A stretch of 64,000 nucleotides of DNA from Bacillota bacterium (GCA_029565935.1 JAKQNF010000002.1:67065-131064), one strand, 5' to 3'. Shown: positions 19,800 to 31,157, counted from the first letter of the stretch. Translations and numbers: made by a program. The notes: a model not told the origin generated them from the letters alone.

Positions 19800-22700
19800 T
19801 TGGCTAAAGTCAGAGTATTCGAGCTATCTAAATTGATAAATATGCCCAGCAAGGACCTGGTGGACTTGCTGAACAGCCTTGGCGTGCCCACGGCGAACCA
19901 TATGAGCGCGATCGACGAGAACGCCGCGAAGTATGTGTTGCGCAAGTACGGGCCCGACGCTGACAAGGAGAAGTCCGCACCGCAGAAAGCCAAAGCGGCG
20001 AAACAAAAACCAAAAGTACAGGCACAGACGGCCACGACCGAACCTTTGATAGAGGTGAAGAGGGCCTCAGGCGCGACAGCACAGATGTCGCAGCGTCAGA
20101 TGAGGCCGATGCAGCAGGCTCAGCGCGCCCCCCAGGAACCACCGAGGCCACGCCCCGGGCAGGCTCCGAGAGCAGCTGCGCTCCAGCAGGCAGCGGCAAG
20201 GCTGCAGCAGGTCCAGGAAGAACAAAGGGCGCTGGAAGCAAGGCTTGCCAGAGAGCAGGAAGAAGAGCAGAAGAGAGCCAGGCTAGAGGCCATAGAGGCA
20301 GAGGAGAGGGCCAAAGTCGCCGAGGCGAAGGCCAAAGCGCAAAAGGAAGAGGAAGCCAAGCTCGCCGCGAAGTCCAAGAAACTTGCCGCGGAGCAGAAGA
20401 ATATTGATGAGCAGCAGAAGGAGAAGGTAATGGCCCAAGTTGAGCAGGTCGAAGCCGGGAGCGCACCCCGTCCGGCCGTGAATGTCACCGTCGAGGCCGA
20501 AGGGCCCGTTCCGGATCGCGCAAAGCATCTAGAGGCCCAGATACCCAGGGTAGCTCCGGCCACGACTCCTGCACAGGAGCAGCTAAGGGCGCAGTCGCCC
20601 GTAGCACAGCAGACACAGCAGACACAGCAGGTTACGGAGGGCGAGACGGTACGCCCGAGGCCTGCGGCCCCGCCGCCTGCGGCAAGAGGGCCACAGCCTC
20701 AATATCCGCCGAGAGGCCAGGGAGGATATGCGCCGAGGCCACAGGGGACCTATGCGCCTAGGGGCAATGCGCCCGGTGGATACGGGCCCAGGCCCCAGGG
20801 TCAAGGAGGTGCCGGCTATCAACCTAGGCCGCAAGGGCAGGGAGGATACGCGCCCAGGCCGCAGGGTCAAGGAGGTGCCGGCTATCAGCCTAGGCCGCAA
20901 GGGCAGGGAGGATACGCGCCCAGGCCGCAAGGCGGGTTCGCCCCTAGAGGCGGCGCGCAGGGCGGTTTCGCACCGAGGCCCCAGCAAGGTGCGCAAGGTG
21001 GCGGATATGCGCCAAGGCGGCCACAGCCCGGAGGGGCAATAACCGTCCCTCCGCCATCCTCTGAGATGCCCGTGAACAAGGGAAAGGGCAAGTCCTGGGG
21101 GTCCACCGGCAAGGAAAGGCGCTTCACGTCCGAGGACGACAGGGACATACGCGGCCCTATCAAGGGCAAGGCGATAGCCGCCAAGAAGGGCAAGAAAGGC
21201 ATGGCCCCCGACCCGGCGATCGAAAAGCGCATAAGGAACATCGACGTGGAGTTGCTCGACGAGGACGAGGCGGGTATCCGCAAGTCAGCCAGGAGAAGGG
21301 AGAAGGCGGCCAAGACGAAGAGGATCATAATAGATGCCGGCATGACGACAAGAGAGTTGGCCCTTAAGCTGGAAGTGACGCCGGGTGAGCTCATAAAGAA
21401 GCTCATGTCGCTAGGTGTCATGGCTGGAATAAACCAGACGATCGACAGCGACACCGCGCAGGTTGTGGCCTCCGAGTTCGGGATAGAAGCTGAGCTCAAG
21501 TCCGAGGCCGAGGAGAGGGAGACCACCCTCACGAAGATGGAGGACGCTCCGGATTCCCTGAAGTCGCGCCCGCCCGTCGTGACCATAATGGGCCACGTGG
21601 ACCACGGAAAGACGTCCCTTCTAGACGCGATAAGGAAGACCGACGTGGCTGGCGGCGAGGCTGGAGGAATAACTCAGGCCATCGGCGCGTACCAGGTAGA
21701 GCTCAAGGGCAGGAAGATAACGTTCATCGACACCCCCGGGCACGCTGCTTTTACGTCTATGAGGGCCAGGGGCGCGCAGGTCACGGACGTGGTCGTACTG
21801 GTCGTAGCGGCTGACGACGGAGTGATGCCGCAGACGGTCGAGGCGTACAATCACGCAAAGTCCGCGGGCGTGCCGATAGTCGTCGCGATAAATAAGATCG
21901 ACAGGCCCAATGCCCAACCCGACAGGGTCCTGCAGGAGCTGTCCGAAATAGGACTCGTAGCCGAGAAATGGGGCGGCGACACGGTGACCGTGGAAGTGTC
22001 AGCGCTCAAGAAGATAGGCATAAGCGAGCTGCTGGAGATGATACTGCTCGTGGCCGACATGAAGGACCTGAAGGCCAATCCGGACAGGAAGGCCGAGGGT
22101 ATCGTGATAGAGGCCAAGCTCGACAAGGGGCGGGGCCCCGTCGCGACAGTGCTGATCAAGAACGGTACGCTCAAGCAAGGCGACTACTACCTCGTCGGAG
22201 AAGTGTTCGGCAGGGTGAGGGCCATGATGAACGACAAGGGCGAGTTGGTGGAATCCGCCCCTCCGTCGACGCCGGTGGAGGTACTCGGACTGACAGGAGT
22301 GCCCCAGGCGGGCGATCCGTTCGATGTGATATCCGATGAGCGAGAGGCCAGGATCATAGCCTCACGCAGGTCCGAGAGACGTAAGCTGAGTGAGATGGTA
22401 GAAGTAAAGAGAGTGACCTTGGAGGACTTCTTCAGCCAGAAGAAGGCCGGTACCGTAAAGGACCTGAATATAATTGTGAAAGCTGACGTGCAAGGCTCGG
22501 TAGAGGCAGTGAAGAGCTCCCTTGAGAAGATGTCCACGAGCGAAGTCAGAGTGTCGACAATACACAGCGGCGTAGGCGCGGTATCCGAATCCGACGTGAT
22601 GCTAGCATCCACATCCGGATCGATCATAATCGCGTTCAACGTAAGACCCGATACGGCGGCCACGAAAGCCGCCGAGGAGTCGAAGGTTGACATAAGGATG

Positions 22701-23084
22701 TACAGGATAATCTACGAGGCTATAAACGATGTCGCGATGGCCATGGAAGGCCTGCTGGAGCCCGAATACAAGGAAGTGAGCCTCGGGAAGGCAGAAGTAC
22801 GCGCCGTGTTCAGCGTACCCAAGGCCGGCAACATAGCCGGCTCGTACGTGACCGAAGGCAAGATAACGAGGAACGCGACCGCCAGGATAGTCAGGGACGG
22901 CGCGGTGGTCCATGAAGGAAAGATCACGTCGCTCAGGCGATTCAAGGACGATGCCAGGGAAGTCCTCACAGGCTTCGAGTGCGGTATAGGCTTCGAGAGC
23001 TTCAACGACATCAAAGAAGGGGACATCATCGAAGCTTACGGCAAGGAGCAGATCAAGAGGACCATCCAGGTAGAACAGCAATAA
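19800..23084 (+). CDS. infB: Translation initiation factor IF-2 with a long Pro/Gln/Gly-rich N-terminal low-complexity region
   Basis: It is 1094 aa. The G-domain is [24 protein letters not shown]. The C-terminal beta-barrels are present. The TTG start is shown as M. The N-terminal region has about 330 aa of low-complexity sequence. Confidence 0.92.
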   Translation: MAKVRVFELSKLINMPSKDLVDLLNSLGVPTANHMSAIDENAAKYVLRKYGPDADKEKSAPQKAKAAKQKPKVQAQTATTEPLIEVKRASGATAQMSQRQMRPMQQAQRAPQEPPRPRPGQAPRAAALQQAAARLQQVQEEQRALEARLAREQEEEQKRARLEAIEAEERAKVAEAKAKAQKEEEAKLAAKSKKLAAEQKNIDEQQKEKVMAQVEQVEAGSAPRPAVNVTVEAEGPVPDRAKHLEAQIPRVAPATTPAQEQLRAQSPVAQQTQQTQQVTEGETVRPRPAAPPPAARGPQPQYPPRGQGGYAPRPQGTYAPRGNAPGGYGPRPQGQGGAGYQPRPQGQGGYAPRPQGQGGAGYQPRPQGQGGYAPRPQGGFAPRGGAQGGFAPRPQQGAQGGGYAPRRPQPGGAITVPPPSSEMPVNKGKGKSWGSTGKERRFTSEDDRDIRGPIKGKAIAAKKGKKGMAPDPAIEKRIRNIDVELLDEDEAGIRKSARRREKAAKTKRIIIDAGMTTRELALKLEVTPGELIKKLMSLGVMAGINQTIDSDTAQVVASEFGIEAELKSEAEERETTLTKMEDAPDSLKSRPPVVTIMGHVDHGKTSLLDAIRKTDVAGGEAGGITQAIGAYQVELKGRKITFIDTPGHAAFTSMRARGAQVTDVVVLVVAADDGVMPQTVEAYNHAKSAGVPIVVAINKIDRPNAQPDRVLQELSEIGLVAEKWGGDTVTVEVSALKKIGISELLEMILLVADMKDLKANPDRKAEGIVIEAKLDKGRGPVATVLIKNGTLKQGDYYLVGEVFGRVRAMMNDKGELVESAPPSTPVEVLGLTGVPQAGDPFDVISDEREARIIASRRSERRKLSEMVEVKRVTLEDFFSQKKAGTVKDLNIIVKADVQGSVEAVKSSLEKMSTSEVRVSTIHSGVGAVSESDVMLASTSGSIIIAFNVRPDTAATKAAEESKVDIRMYRIIYEAINDVAMAMEGLLEPEYKEVSLGKAEVRAVFSVPKAGNIAGSYVTEGKITRNATARIVRDGAVVHEGKITSLRRFKDDAREVLTGFECGIGFESFNDIKEGDIIEAYGKEQIKRTIQVEQQ
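20796..20927 (+). repeat. 66-bp direct tandem repeat (2 copies, 1 mismatch) inside infB, encoding repeated [22 protein letters not shown] units
   Basis: Read directly. Copy 1 starts at 20796 and copy 2 at 20862, giving a 66-bp period. Shorter related PRPQG units flank them. Confidence 0.8.
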
Positions 23085-23371
23085 TGCGATCCTCTTGCGC
23101 CCTTGCGACCCTGCTGCTGAAGCTGGATAGTCCTTCCAGCCTTAAGGAGAAGCGCTCGATAATAAGGAGCGCGGTCGAAAGGCTTGGCGCCAGGAAGAAC
23201 GTAGCGGTAGCGGAGACCGGGCAGAGGGACACATACAAGGCCGCAGAGCTCACGATCGCAGTGGTGGGCGATTCTCCCTCCTATGTGGAGGAGGAGCTGC
23301 GCCGCATGATTTCAAGCATCGAGTCTTATGACGCGATTGAAGTCTTCGTCACGAGGCTCGAGGTTTACTGA
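23084..23371 (+). CDS. ylxP: DUF503 family protein (YlxP-like)
   Basis: Its ATG overlaps the infB stop (TAATG). It is about 95 aa (..LLKLDSPSSLKEKRSIIRSAVERL..VAVAETG..). It is in the conserved position between infB and rbfA. The ORF-track upstream extension into infB was rejected. Confidence 0.6.
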   Translation: MRSSCALATLLLKLDSPSSLKEKRSIIRSAVERLGARKNVAVAETGQRDTYKAAELTIAVVGDSPSYVEEELRRMISSIESYDAIEVFVTRLEVY

Positions 23372-23387
23372 CAGAGGTGAAGGGACT

Positions 23388-23744
23388 ATGTCCTTCAGAA
23401 GGAATAAAGTGCAAGACGCCATAAGAGACGAGCTGTCCGCGATGATGACGAAGGACCTCAGCGACCCTAGGCTGGAGTTCGCGAGCGTGACTGCGGTGGA
23501 GCTTAGCAGCGATATGTCGTTCGCCAAGATCTTCATCAGCTCGTTTAAGAAGGACCCCGAGGCCGCCAAATCCGCTGCAGAGGCCCTAGAGGCGGCAAAA
23601 GGCAGGATACGCGGGGAAATAGGAAGACGCCTTGGTATAAGGCATACGCCCGAGCTCAACTTCAGGCCCGACCATTCCATGGAAAGGGCCGCGAAGGTGC
23701 TTGAGATACTCAACGACATAAAGGCCGGCTCGGAGGATCGTTGA
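23388..23744 (+). CDS. rbfA: Ribosome-binding factor A
   Basis: MSFRRNKVQDAIRDELSAMM..DPRLEFASVTAVELSSDMSFAKIF is the RbfA signature. An RBS GAGGTGAAGG lies upstream. The ORF-track start at 23328 is too early. Confidence 0.85.
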   Translation: MSFRRNKVQDAIRDELSAMMTKDLSDPRLEFASVTAVELSSDMSFAKIFISSFKKDPEAAKSAAEALEAAKGRIRGEIGRRLGIRHTPELNFRPDHSMERAAKVLEILNDIKAGSEDR

Positions 23745-24745
23745 TGACTGTACCAGGAATCGTGATCGATGCGATCAAAGGAGCCCGCAGCGTACTTGTG
23801 ACATCCCATATAGTGCCTGACGGGGATGCGATAGGTTCTGTGCTCGGGCTCGGGCTGACGTTGATGGAGATGGGCAAGAAGGTCTTCATGGCAGTGGACG
23901 GTGGCGTCCCGAAGAACATGACTTTTCTGCCCGGCTCCTCCTACATACTCCCGGACGCCGAGGAGATACCGGACGGTCTGGACCTTGCCGTGATACTCGA
24001 CGTAGGTTCCTACGAGCGCATCGGTGATATCTCGCGTCCGGCGAAGAACGCGAGCTCAAAGGTAAACATAGACCATCACGCCACCAACTCGGGCTTCACC
24101 GAGATCTCATGGATAGACACATCCGCGCCCGCTACCGGTTCCATGGTGGCAGACTTGATAAAGGGCCTCGGATCCGGTTTCAGTGACGCGAGCGCCACCG
24201 CGATATTCTGCGCCGTGTCCACGGATACGGGGTCTTTCAGGTACAGCAACACGAACTCGGATTGTTTCAAGCTTGCGGCAGAGCTGATCGATGCCGGCGC
24301 CGATCTACATTCGGTATCCACGAACGTCTACGAAAGCAAGCCGTACGGGGCGATAAAAGGCCTCGGTGCCGTGCTTTCGAGTATAGAGCTCCGAACAGGG
24401 GGCAGGGTGGCGATCATGGAGATCACCAGGGACCTGATGGACGAGTACAGCCTTAGCGAAGGAGATGTCGAGGGCTTCATCTCATACGGAAGGTCCATCG
24501 ACGGTGTGGAGGTCTGCGTAGCCTTCAAAGAACTAGAGGATGGCATCATCAAGGTTGGATTCCGCTCCAAGAGCATTGTCGACGTTTCATCGGTCGCGGC
24601 CAGGTTCGGAGGCGGCGGGCATAAGAGGGCCTCTGGATGCACGCTCGGAGGCGGACTCGAGAAGGTAAAAACTCTCATAATTGAAGCGGTGGACTCAGCC
24701 GTATCGGAGGCTTACGCGCATGGACGGCGTGATAGGGATAGATAA
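23741..24745 (+). CDS. nrnA: DHH-family phosphoesterase (NrnA-like nanoRNase / pAp phosphatase)
   Basis: DHH motifs (..HIVPDGDAIGS.., ..IDHH..) and the DHHA1 GGGH motif (..RFGGGGHKRASGC..) are present. Confidence 0.75.
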   Translation: MMTVPGIVIDAIKGARSVLVTSHIVPDGDAIGSVLGLGLTLMEMGKKVFMAVDGGVPKNMTFLPGSSYILPDAEEIPDGLDLAVILDVGSYERIGDISRPAKNASSKVNIDHHATNSGFTEISWIDTSAPATGSMVADLIKGLGSGFSDASATAIFCAVSTDTGSFRYSNTNSDCFKLAAELIDAGADLHSVSTNVYESKPYGAIKGLGAVLSSIELRTGGRVAIMEITRDLMDEYSLSEGDVEGFISYGRSIDGVEVCVAFKELEDGIIKVGFRSKSIVDVSSVAARFGGGGHKRASGCTLGGGLEKVKTLIIEAVDSAVSEAYAHGRRDRDR

Positions 24746-25667
24746 GCCGGCAGGCGTCACGTCGTTCGACGTAGTGGCCAGGATGAGGCGGGCTACTGGC
24801 GAGAAGCGCATAGGACACGCGGGCACGCTGGATCCGGACGCAGTAGGGGTTCTCGTGCTGTGCTTGGGTTCGGCCACCAGGATATCTTCATACCTTATGG
24901 AAGGGCGTAAAAGATACAGCGCCGAGATGACTTTTGGACGTTCGACAAACACCGGCGACTCCTCCGGAAGCACCGTAGAGGACATGCCGGAAATGCAAAT
25001 CTTAGTGGATGACTTCCTGAAATCATTAGAAGGGTTCCAAGGAAGGATCATACAGCGCACACCGATGTACTCGGCAGTCAAGGTCGGCGGCAGGAAGCTG
25101 TACGAGCTGGCGAGGAAGGGCCTCGAAGTCGATAGGCCGGACAGGAACGTGGAGATATTCTCGATATGCGGGGCCGCCCACGGCGGATCCGGGACGATAT
25201 CTTACGGTGGTACTGCGCAAATAGACGTTGAGTGTTCCCAAGGGACTTACATCAGGACTCTTTGCGAGGACATAGGAAGGGCCCTTGGTGTTCCTGCCCA
25301 TATGTCCCGTCTAAGGAGGACCCGGTCCTCTGGCTGGTCGATAGATGATTGCCTCTCGCTGGAAGAGGCGGAGAGGCTGGCAGTCGATGGACGCATTCTA
25401 GGCTCCATGAGGACTATCGCAGAGTCGCTTCCCGACATGTTCGCCTCTGCTCTGGATGCATCCGATGCGAGTAAAGTGATGAACGGATCTCCCGTGATAG
25501 TCGACTGCCCGGAAGGCACTAACGAGATGGTCCTCCTCGATGATGAAGGAGCGGCTCTTGCGATAGCGTCCGTCGGGGGAGTATCTGACATGAACGGAAG
25601 GAAGATCGCAAAACCCAGGGTCGTCTTCAAAGTACCGGAGGTTTCGGCAGGACATGGCGGGAAATAA
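24720..25667 (+). CDS. truB: tRNA pseudouridine(55) synthase
   Basis: MDGVIGIDKPAGVTSFDVV..GHAGTLDPDAVGVLVLCLG are TruB catalytic motifs. A PUA-like C-terminal domain is present. The start is chosen at the internal ATG, just before the nrnA stop. Confidence 0.85.
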   Translation: MDGVIGIDKPAGVTSFDVVARMRRATGEKRIGHAGTLDPDAVGVLVLCLGSATRISSYLMEGRKRYSAEMTFGRSTNTGDSSGSTVEDMPEMQILVDDFLKSLEGFQGRIIQRTPMYSAVKVGGRKLYELARKGLEVDRPDRNVEIFSICGAAHGGSGTISYGGTAQIDVECSQGTYIRTLCEDIGRALGVPAHMSRLRRTRSSGWSIDDCLSLEEAERLAVDGRILGSMRTIAESLPDMFASALDASDASKVMNGSPVIVDCPEGTNEMVLLDDEGAALAIASVGGVSDMNGRKIAKPRVVFKVPEVSAGHGGK

Positions 25668-26433
25668 AGGCACTGCTCTTGTGCTGGGCACGTTCGATGG
25701 GGTACACATAGCTCACAAGGCGCTCGTCAAGGAGGCGTCGGCCTTAGGGCGCGGCCTTACGTTGACAGCTCTGACTTTCGACAAGGTGCCGGGCTCGGTA
25801 TTGGGCAAGGACGGCAAGGAGCGGCAGATACTCACCTGCAGCGATAAGGTCGAGCTACTTAAAAGAGCCGGGGTTGAGGAAGTAGTCGTCTTAAGCTTCG
25901 ACGACGGTCTGTCATCTATGCCGGCCGAGGATTTCTTCGAACGCATAGTGCTAGGAAGATGCCGTGCGAAGCTGCTCGCCGTTGGGCACGACTACAGGTT
26001 CGGCAAAGGCGGCAGGGGGGACGTCGCCCTTCTGGAAGTGCTTTGCAAGAGGGCCGGCGTGGACTTAGTAGTACTTGACGAGATGTCGATAGGCGGAACA
26101 AGGATATCCAGCACCGAGATCAGAAGGAGGATCTGCGCCGGGGAACCGGAGGCCGCGACAAGGATGCTGGGAAGGGTGCACTTCCTAAAGGCGACGGCGA
26201 CATCCGGCAGGATCGTACCGGACCCTGCGATCGAGCTGCCGCCGGCTGGGGTGGGATTTCGGACAAAATTCTTCACAAAGCTGCCGGTCTTGGAGGATTT
26301 CGGCTGTTACGATGCCAGTTTCTGGGTGGTCGACCGTTCCGGGGGACAGGAGCTTGTGATAGAGCCAGGATCGTGCGTTCCATCTGAAGGCGAGCTATAT
26401 TTGCTTTTCGGCCCGAGGTCCGGTCCCGTTTGA
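25654..26433 (+). CDS. ribF: FAD synthetase (RibF-like), with a short and divergent C-terminal riboflavin-kinase-like region
   Basis: The N-terminal nucleotidyltransferase motif is LVLGTFDGVHIAHKAL. Total length is 259 aa, against about 310 aa typical. The C-terminal 85 aa lack the PTAN and other riboflavin-kinase motifs. Confidence 0.75.
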   Translation: MAGNKGTALVLGTFDGVHIAHKALVKEASALGRGLTLTALTFDKVPGSVLGKDGKERQILTCSDKVELLKRAGVEEVVVLSFDDGLSSMPAEDFFERIVLGRCRAKLLAVGHDYRFGKGGRGDVALLEVLCKRAGVDLVVLDEMSIGGTRISSTEIRRRICAGEPEAATRMLGRVHFLKATATSGRIVPDPAIELPPAGVGFRTKFFTKLPVLEDFGCYDASFWVVDRSGGQELVIEPGSCVPSEGELYLLFGPRSGPV

Positions 26434-26435
26434 GG

Positions 26436-26464
26436 TTTACAGTCATGAGCTGCCCTGATATAAT
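26436..26464 (+). promoter_or_regulatory. Sigma-A promoter of rpsO (TTTACA - 17 nt - TGaTATAAT, extended -10)
   Basis: Read directly as a near-consensus promoter. It lies 90 nt upstream of the rpsO start. Confidence 0.45.
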
Positions 26465-26554
26465 GTATAGTGTATTAAGCCAACCTGTGCCCAGTTGCTC
26501 GCTGCTCCGGCGGCTACTTAGCTCAGGGGGTAATTGGATGGAGGAGAGAACCAG

Positions 26555-26824
26555 ATGCCATTGCAGCAGGAAAAGAAGAGAGAGATAATCGACGCCTTCA
26601 AGAAGCACGAGACGGACACAGGTTCGCCGGAGGTACAGATTGCGATGCTCACGGAGAGGATCAACTACCTCACCGAGCACCTTAAGGAGCATAACAAGGA
26701 CCATCACTCGCGCAGAGGGCTCCTGAAGATGGTAGGGCAGAGGAGAAGCCTTCTGAACTACCTGAAGGACCGCGACGTCGAACGTTACCGCACACTGATT
26801 GAAAAACTAGGATTGCGCAAGTAA
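26555..26824 (+). CDS. rpsO: 30S ribosomal protein S15
   Basis: [64 protein letters not shown] is near-identical to the S15 consensus. The ORF-track start at 26534 lies inside the RBS. Confidence 0.92.
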   Translation: MPLQQEKKREIIDAFKKHETDTGSPEVQIAMLTERINYLTEHLKEHNKDHHSRRGLLKMVGQRRSLLNYLKDRDVERYRTLIEKLGLRK

Positions 26825-26908
26825 GCAGCGAAAGTTCATGGGAGCGTGGGGGCGCAAACGATGCCTGGACCGCGCTCTCTTACTTTGAGGAGGAAGTGTA
26901 GAGAGAAG

Positions 26909-29113
26909 ATGCATCAAGTATTCACTATGGATATCGGAGGAAAGGTTTTCACGGCCGAGACCGGTAAGTTCGCCAAACAGGCATCGGGCTCGGTCCTTTG
27001 CCGTTACGGCGAGACGGTCGTGCTAGTGACGGCCACCATGGCAAAGCAGGCTAGGGAGGGTATCGACTTCTTCCCGCTTTTAGTCGACTACGAAGAGAGG
27101 ATGTACGCCGCCGGCAAGATACCCGGAGGCTTCATCAAGCGCGAAGGAAGGCCTAGTGAGGCGGCGATCCTTGCGGGCAGGATGATAGACAGGCCGATAA
27201 GGCCGCTCTTCCCCGACGGATTCAGGAACGACGTGCAGATAGTCGCGACGGTGCTCTCGGTCGAACCCGGAGTGGAACCTTCGCTGGTCGCCTTGAACGG
27301 AGCGTCGATAGCGCTGTCGATATCCCCGACGCCCTTCCAGGGCCCGATAGGCGGAGTAAAGGTAGGCAGGGTGGACGGCAAGTTCGTCATCAACCCTGGG
27401 ATCGAAGAGCAGAATGCATCCGATATGTCGGTGGTCGTGGCGGGCACCAGGGATGCCATACTTATGGTCGAAGCCGGTGCCAACGAGGTGAGCGAGGCCG
27501 ATATGCTTGACGCGATCCTCTACGGCCACGAGCAGATAAAGAGGATCATCGAGTTCCAAGACGGCATAGTGGCCGCAGCTGGAACCGCGAAGATCGAGTT
27601 CAAGAACTTCGAGCCGGCGGCGGAGAGAACGGCAAAGGTCAAGGCCTATGGCGAGAAGATGCTCGTCGATGCCGTCAAGAACCCGGACAAGCTGTCGCGC
27701 GACGCCAAGATAGAGGAAGCCAAGGCAGCCATAAAGGAGCATTTCGTGGAGGAATTCGCCGAGGAGGCGTCTACCGAGGAGATCGCCTACATGGTGGATT
27801 CCCTCGAGAAGTCGGTCGTGCGCATGATGATCACGAAAGAGCACATACGCCCCGACGGCAGGGCCCTCGACGAGATAAGGCCACTTTACTGTGAAGTCGG
27901 CCTGCTGCCCAGAGTACACGGATCGGGCCTCTTCCAAAGGGGCCAGACCCAGGTGCTGACCAGCTGCACGCTCGGCTCTGCGAGTGAGGAGCAGGTGTTG
28001 GACGGGCTGGGACACGAAGAGTCGAAGAATTACATGCACCAGTACAACTTCCCGCCCTACTCCGTTGGTGAGGTAAAGCCGATCAGAGGGCCGGGAAGGC
28101 GCGAAGTAGGCCACGGCGCCCTCGCTGAAAGGGCACTCGTGCCGGTCATACCTTCGCAGGATAAGTTTCCGTACACTATAAGGATGGTCTCCGAGGCCAT
28201 AGAATCCAACGGTTCGACCAGCCAGGCATCCATATGCGGCAGCACGCTGGCGCTTATGGACGCGGGAGTTCCCATCAGGAAGCCGGTCGCGGGCATCGCG
28301 ATGGGCCTTGTGAAATACGGTGAGGACTTCACGATACTCACCGACATCCAGGGCATCGAGGACCACCTAGGCGACATGGACTTCAAGGTGGCCGGTACCG
28401 CTGACGGGATAACCGCAATACAGATGGACATCAAGGTGGACGGGCTCTCCAAGGACATATTGGAGAAGGCGCTGGCCCAGGCTAAGAAGGGCCGCCTTTT
28501 CATCCTGGATACCATGCGTGCATGCATAAGCGAGCCGAAGGCGGAACTTTCGCCCTATGCGCCCAGGATAATCAGCTTCACCATAGATGTCGACAAGATC
28601 CGCGAGGTCATAGGGCCCGGTGGCAAGATGATAAGGAAGATAGTCGAGATGACCGGCGCCAGCATAGACATCGAGGACGACGGGCGCGTATTCATATCGT
28701 CAGTCGGACAGGAGGGCGGCATCAAGGCGGAGAATTATATCAAGGCATTGGTGAGCGACCCTGAGGTGGGCGCCGTCTATACCGGCAAAGTCACCAGGAT
28801 AATGACATTCGGTGCGTTCGTCGAGATACTGCCGGGCAAGGAAGGCCTGGTACACATCTCCCAGCTTGCTGCGGAGCGCGTCGCCAAGGTAGAAGACGTC
28901 GTCAAGGTGGGCGACGAGATCACCGTTAAACTTGTGGAGATCGACTCGCAAGGCAGGCTCAACCTGTCGCGCAAGGAGCTCCTACCCAAACCGGAGCACC
29001 CAGCCGCGGAAGACGCAGCTCCACGGCGCGATAGGCCGGAGAGGTTCCACGGACATGGCGGAGGCGACGACCTTGACGGGAAGGTGACTTCCAGGCCGAA
29101 ACGCAGGGACTGA
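26909..29113 (+). CDS. pnp: Polyribonucleotide nucleotidyltransferase (PNPase)
   Basis: It has two RNase PH domains, a KH domain and an S1 domain (..[28 protein letters not shown]..), plus an Arg/Asp-rich tail. The start is at [11 protein letters not shown]. Confidence 0.92.
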   Translation: MHQVFTMDIGGKVFTAETGKFAKQASGSVLCRYGETVVLVTATMAKQAREGIDFFPLLVDYEERMYAAGKIPGGFIKREGRPSEAAILAGRMIDRPIRPLFPDGFRNDVQIVATVLSVEPGVEPSLVALNGASIALSISPTPFQGPIGGVKVGRVDGKFVINPGIEEQNASDMSVVVAGTRDAILMVEAGANEVSEADMLDAILYGHEQIKRIIEFQDGIVAAAGTAKIEFKNFEPAAERTAKVKAYGEKMLVDAVKNPDKLSRDAKIEEAKAAIKEHFVEEFAEEASTEEIAYMVDSLEKSVVRMMITKEHIRPDGRALDEIRPLYCEVGLLPRVHGSGLFQRGQTQVLTSCTLGSASEEQVLDGLGHEESKNYMHQYNFPPYSVGEVKPIRGPGRREVGHGALAERALVPVIPSQDKFPYTIRMVSEAIESNGSTSQASICGSTLALMDAGVPIRKPVAGIAMGLVKYGEDFTILTDIQGIEDHLGDMDFKVAGTADGITAIQMDIKVDGLSKDILEKALAQAKKGRLFILDTMRACISEPKAELSPYAPRIISFTIDVDKIREVIGPGGKMIRKIVEMTGASIDIEDDGRVFISSVGQEGGIKAENYIKALVSDPEVGAVYTGKVTRIMTFGAFVEILPGKEGLVHISQLAAERVAKVEDVVKVGDEITVKLVEIDSQGRLNLSRKELLPKPEHPAAEDAAPRRDRPERFHGHGGGDDLDGKVTSRPKRRD

Positions 29114-29155
29114 TTCCTAGAACCAATACGGATATCGAAATTCGGAGGTGCCTTT

Positions 29156-30238
29156 ATGGGAAGCGCGTCAGAAGGATCGATTACCATAATTGCGGTCAAT
29201 CCGGGTTCTACTACCACGAAGTTGGCAGTATTCAAGGACGGTAAATCCGTAAAATCCCTGAGCATCGAGCACGACAAAGCGGAGCTTGATTCGATGGGCC
29301 AGATAAAGAACCAGCTGAAGTATAGGATAGATGCAGTAGAGGCCGCCCTAGCCGGCGAAGCCGTATCCTTAAACAGGATATCGGCCGTCGTCGGAAGGGG
29401 CGGCCTTCTCAAGCCTATGGAGGGCGGAGTCTGGGAGGTAGACGATAGGATGGTGGAAGACGCGCTCGAGCACCCCGTCTCGCCGCATGCGTCCAACCTA
29501 GGCTGCGCCATTGCCCTGCACCTCGCAAGAAAAGCCGATGTACCTGCCTATATAGTGGATCCTGTCAGCACGGACGAATACGAGCCGGAAGCGAGGGTCT
29601 CCGGCCTGCCTCAAATACCGAGGATATCCCTTCTGCATGCCCTCTCGGCAAGGTCTTCCGCCAGGCGCGCGGCCGGCGAGCTCGGGCTGAAGCTCGAGGA
29701 CGCAAGGTTCGTGATCGCACACATGGGTGGCGGGACGACTATATGCGCGCTGAGGGACGGAAGGTTGATCGACGCAAACAACTCGAACGACGAAGGCCCT
29801 TTCACGCCGGAAAGGACGGGCACCATGCCGTCGGGGGCCACCGTGGACCTTTGCTATTCGGGTAGGTACACCAAGGCCGAGATCAAGGACATGTTCCTTA
29901 GGAAGGCCGGCCTCTTCGCGTATGAAGGGACGTCGGACGCAAGGGAGATCGACCGCAGGATTGATACGGGTGATACAAAGGCTTTGGAAGTGATGCAGGC
30001 GATGGCATACCAGATCGCCAAGGAGATAGGAGCTTACGCCGCGGTTCTGTCGTTCAGGCTGGACGCGGTGATTCTGACAGGAGGGTTGGCCAAATGGCCC
30101 CGCCTGGTGGACGAGATCGTACGTCGAGTGAAGTTCCTGGGCCCGATAATGCTATATCCGGGCGAGAACGAGATGCAGGCCCTGGGCGACGGGGCCACCC
30201 TAGCAGTGAAGGGCGCCGTCCCCGTCAAACGTTATTAG
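29156..30238 (+). CDS. buk: Butyrate kinase (branched/short-chain acyl kinase), copy 1
   Basis: It has the ASKHA fold and Buk motifs (..IIAVNPGSTTTKLAVF.., ..AHMGGGTTICA..). Confidence 0.85.
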   Translation: MGSASEGSITIIAVNPGSTTTKLAVFKDGKSVKSLSIEHDKAELDSMGQIKNQLKYRIDAVEAALAGEAVSLNRISAVVGRGGLLKPMEGGVWEVDDRMVEDALEHPVSPHASNLGCAIALHLARKADVPAYIVDPVSTDEYEPEARVSGLPQIPRISLLHALSARSSARRAAGELGLKLEDARFVIAHMGGGTTICALRDGRLIDANNSNDEGPFTPERTGTMPSGATVDLCYSGRYTKAEIKDMFLRKAGLFAYEGTSDAREIDRRIDTGDTKALEVMQAMAYQIAKEIGAYAAVLSFRLDAVILTGGLAKWPRLVDEIVRRVKFLGPIMLYPGENEMQALGDGATLAVKGAVPVKRY

Positions 30239-30248
30239 GGAGGTCCTT

Positions 30249-31157
30249 ATGATGCTCAATACCTTCGAGCAGATAATAGACGAGGCGAGATCGGGTGGCA
30301 AGCAGCGCATAGCGATCGCCGCTGCGGGGGACGCAGATGTGCTGGAGGCAGTGAAGCTGGCGATGGAGATGGACCTTGCCGACTTCACGCTTTTCGGAGA
30401 TGAGGGAATCATCAGGAAGCTTGCCGGGGATGTCGGGCTCGACCTGGCAGGAGTCGAGGTCATCGACGAGACAGGACTGCAGATGGCGGCCTTGAAGGCG
30501 GTCCAGTACGTAAGCTCCGGAAAGGCCGGGACCCTGATGAAGGGCCTCATAGGCACGACCGATTTCCTTAGGGCGGTACTAGACAAGGAAGTGGGTTTGA
30601 GAACCGGAAGCCTCATATCACACGTCGCGGTGATACGATCCCCTAAGTTCGACAGGTTCTTCTACCTGACGGACGGAGCTATGAACATATCTCCGACCCT
30701 TGACCAGAAGGTCCAGATAATCAAAAACGCGGTGAAGATCGCCCATGCCCTGGGGAACGAGAATCCCAAGGTGGCGTGCCTTGCTGCCGTCGAGACGGTC
30801 AATCCCGACATGCCTGCCACGATAGACGCCTCGCTGCTGGCCAAGATGAGCGACCGCAAGCAGATAAAAGGCTGTGTCGTTGACGGACCCTTCGGGCTCG
30901 ACAACGCCGTGTCCGCCGAATCGGCGAAGCACAAGGGTGTTTCGGGCCTCGTGGCGGGCAAGGCCGACATCTTGATGTGCCCTGAGATCAATACGGGCAA
31001 CGTGATCTACAAGACGCTCAGCTATTTCGCGGATGTCGAATGCGGTGCTGTGATCTCAGGCGCCCGCGCTCCGATAGTTCTGACGAGCCGCGCAGACTCG
31101 CCCAGGACCAAGCTACTTTCGATGGCGACGGCCGCGACCGTGGCCAAGAACTCATGA
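30249..31157 (+). CDS. ptb: Phosphate butyryltransferase
   Basis: It is PTA/PTB family (..RIAIAAAGDADVLEAVKLA.., ..DGAMNISPTLDQK..) and 302 aa. Confidence 0.85.
   Translation: MMLNTFEQIIDEARSGGKQRIAIAAAGDADVLEAVKLAMEMDLADFTLFGDEGIIRKLAGDVGLDLAGVEVIDETGLQMAALKAVQYVSSGKAGTLMKGLIGTTDFLRAVLDKEVGLRTGSLISHVAVIRSPKFDRFFYLTDGAMNISPTLDQKVQIIKNAVKIAHALGNENPKVACLAAVETVNPDMPATIDASLLAKMSDRKQIKGCVVDGPFGLDNAVSAESAKHKGVSGLVAGKADILMCPEINTGNVIYKTLSYFADVECGAVISGARAPIVLTSRADSPRTKLLSMATAATVAKNS

Noticed and set aside
20600-21060. Possible CRISPR-like array suggested by the regular repeats
   Set aside because: The repeats are in-frame coding tandem repeats inside infB (period 66 bp, no spacers, no cas genes). 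This is not CRISPR.
19828-21586. Many long antisense or alternative-frame ORFs, up to 233 aa, overlapping the infB N-terminal region
   Set aside because: They lie entirely within a verified gene, in GC-rich low-complexity repeat sequence that is stop-poor in all frames. They have no RBS or independent signal, so they are shadow ORFs.
22979-23083. ORF-track extension of the ylxP-like gene 105 nt back into infB
   Set aside because: The upstream part overlaps infB in another frame. The ATG at 23084 coupled to the infB stop gives the canonical DUF503 length of about 95 aa.
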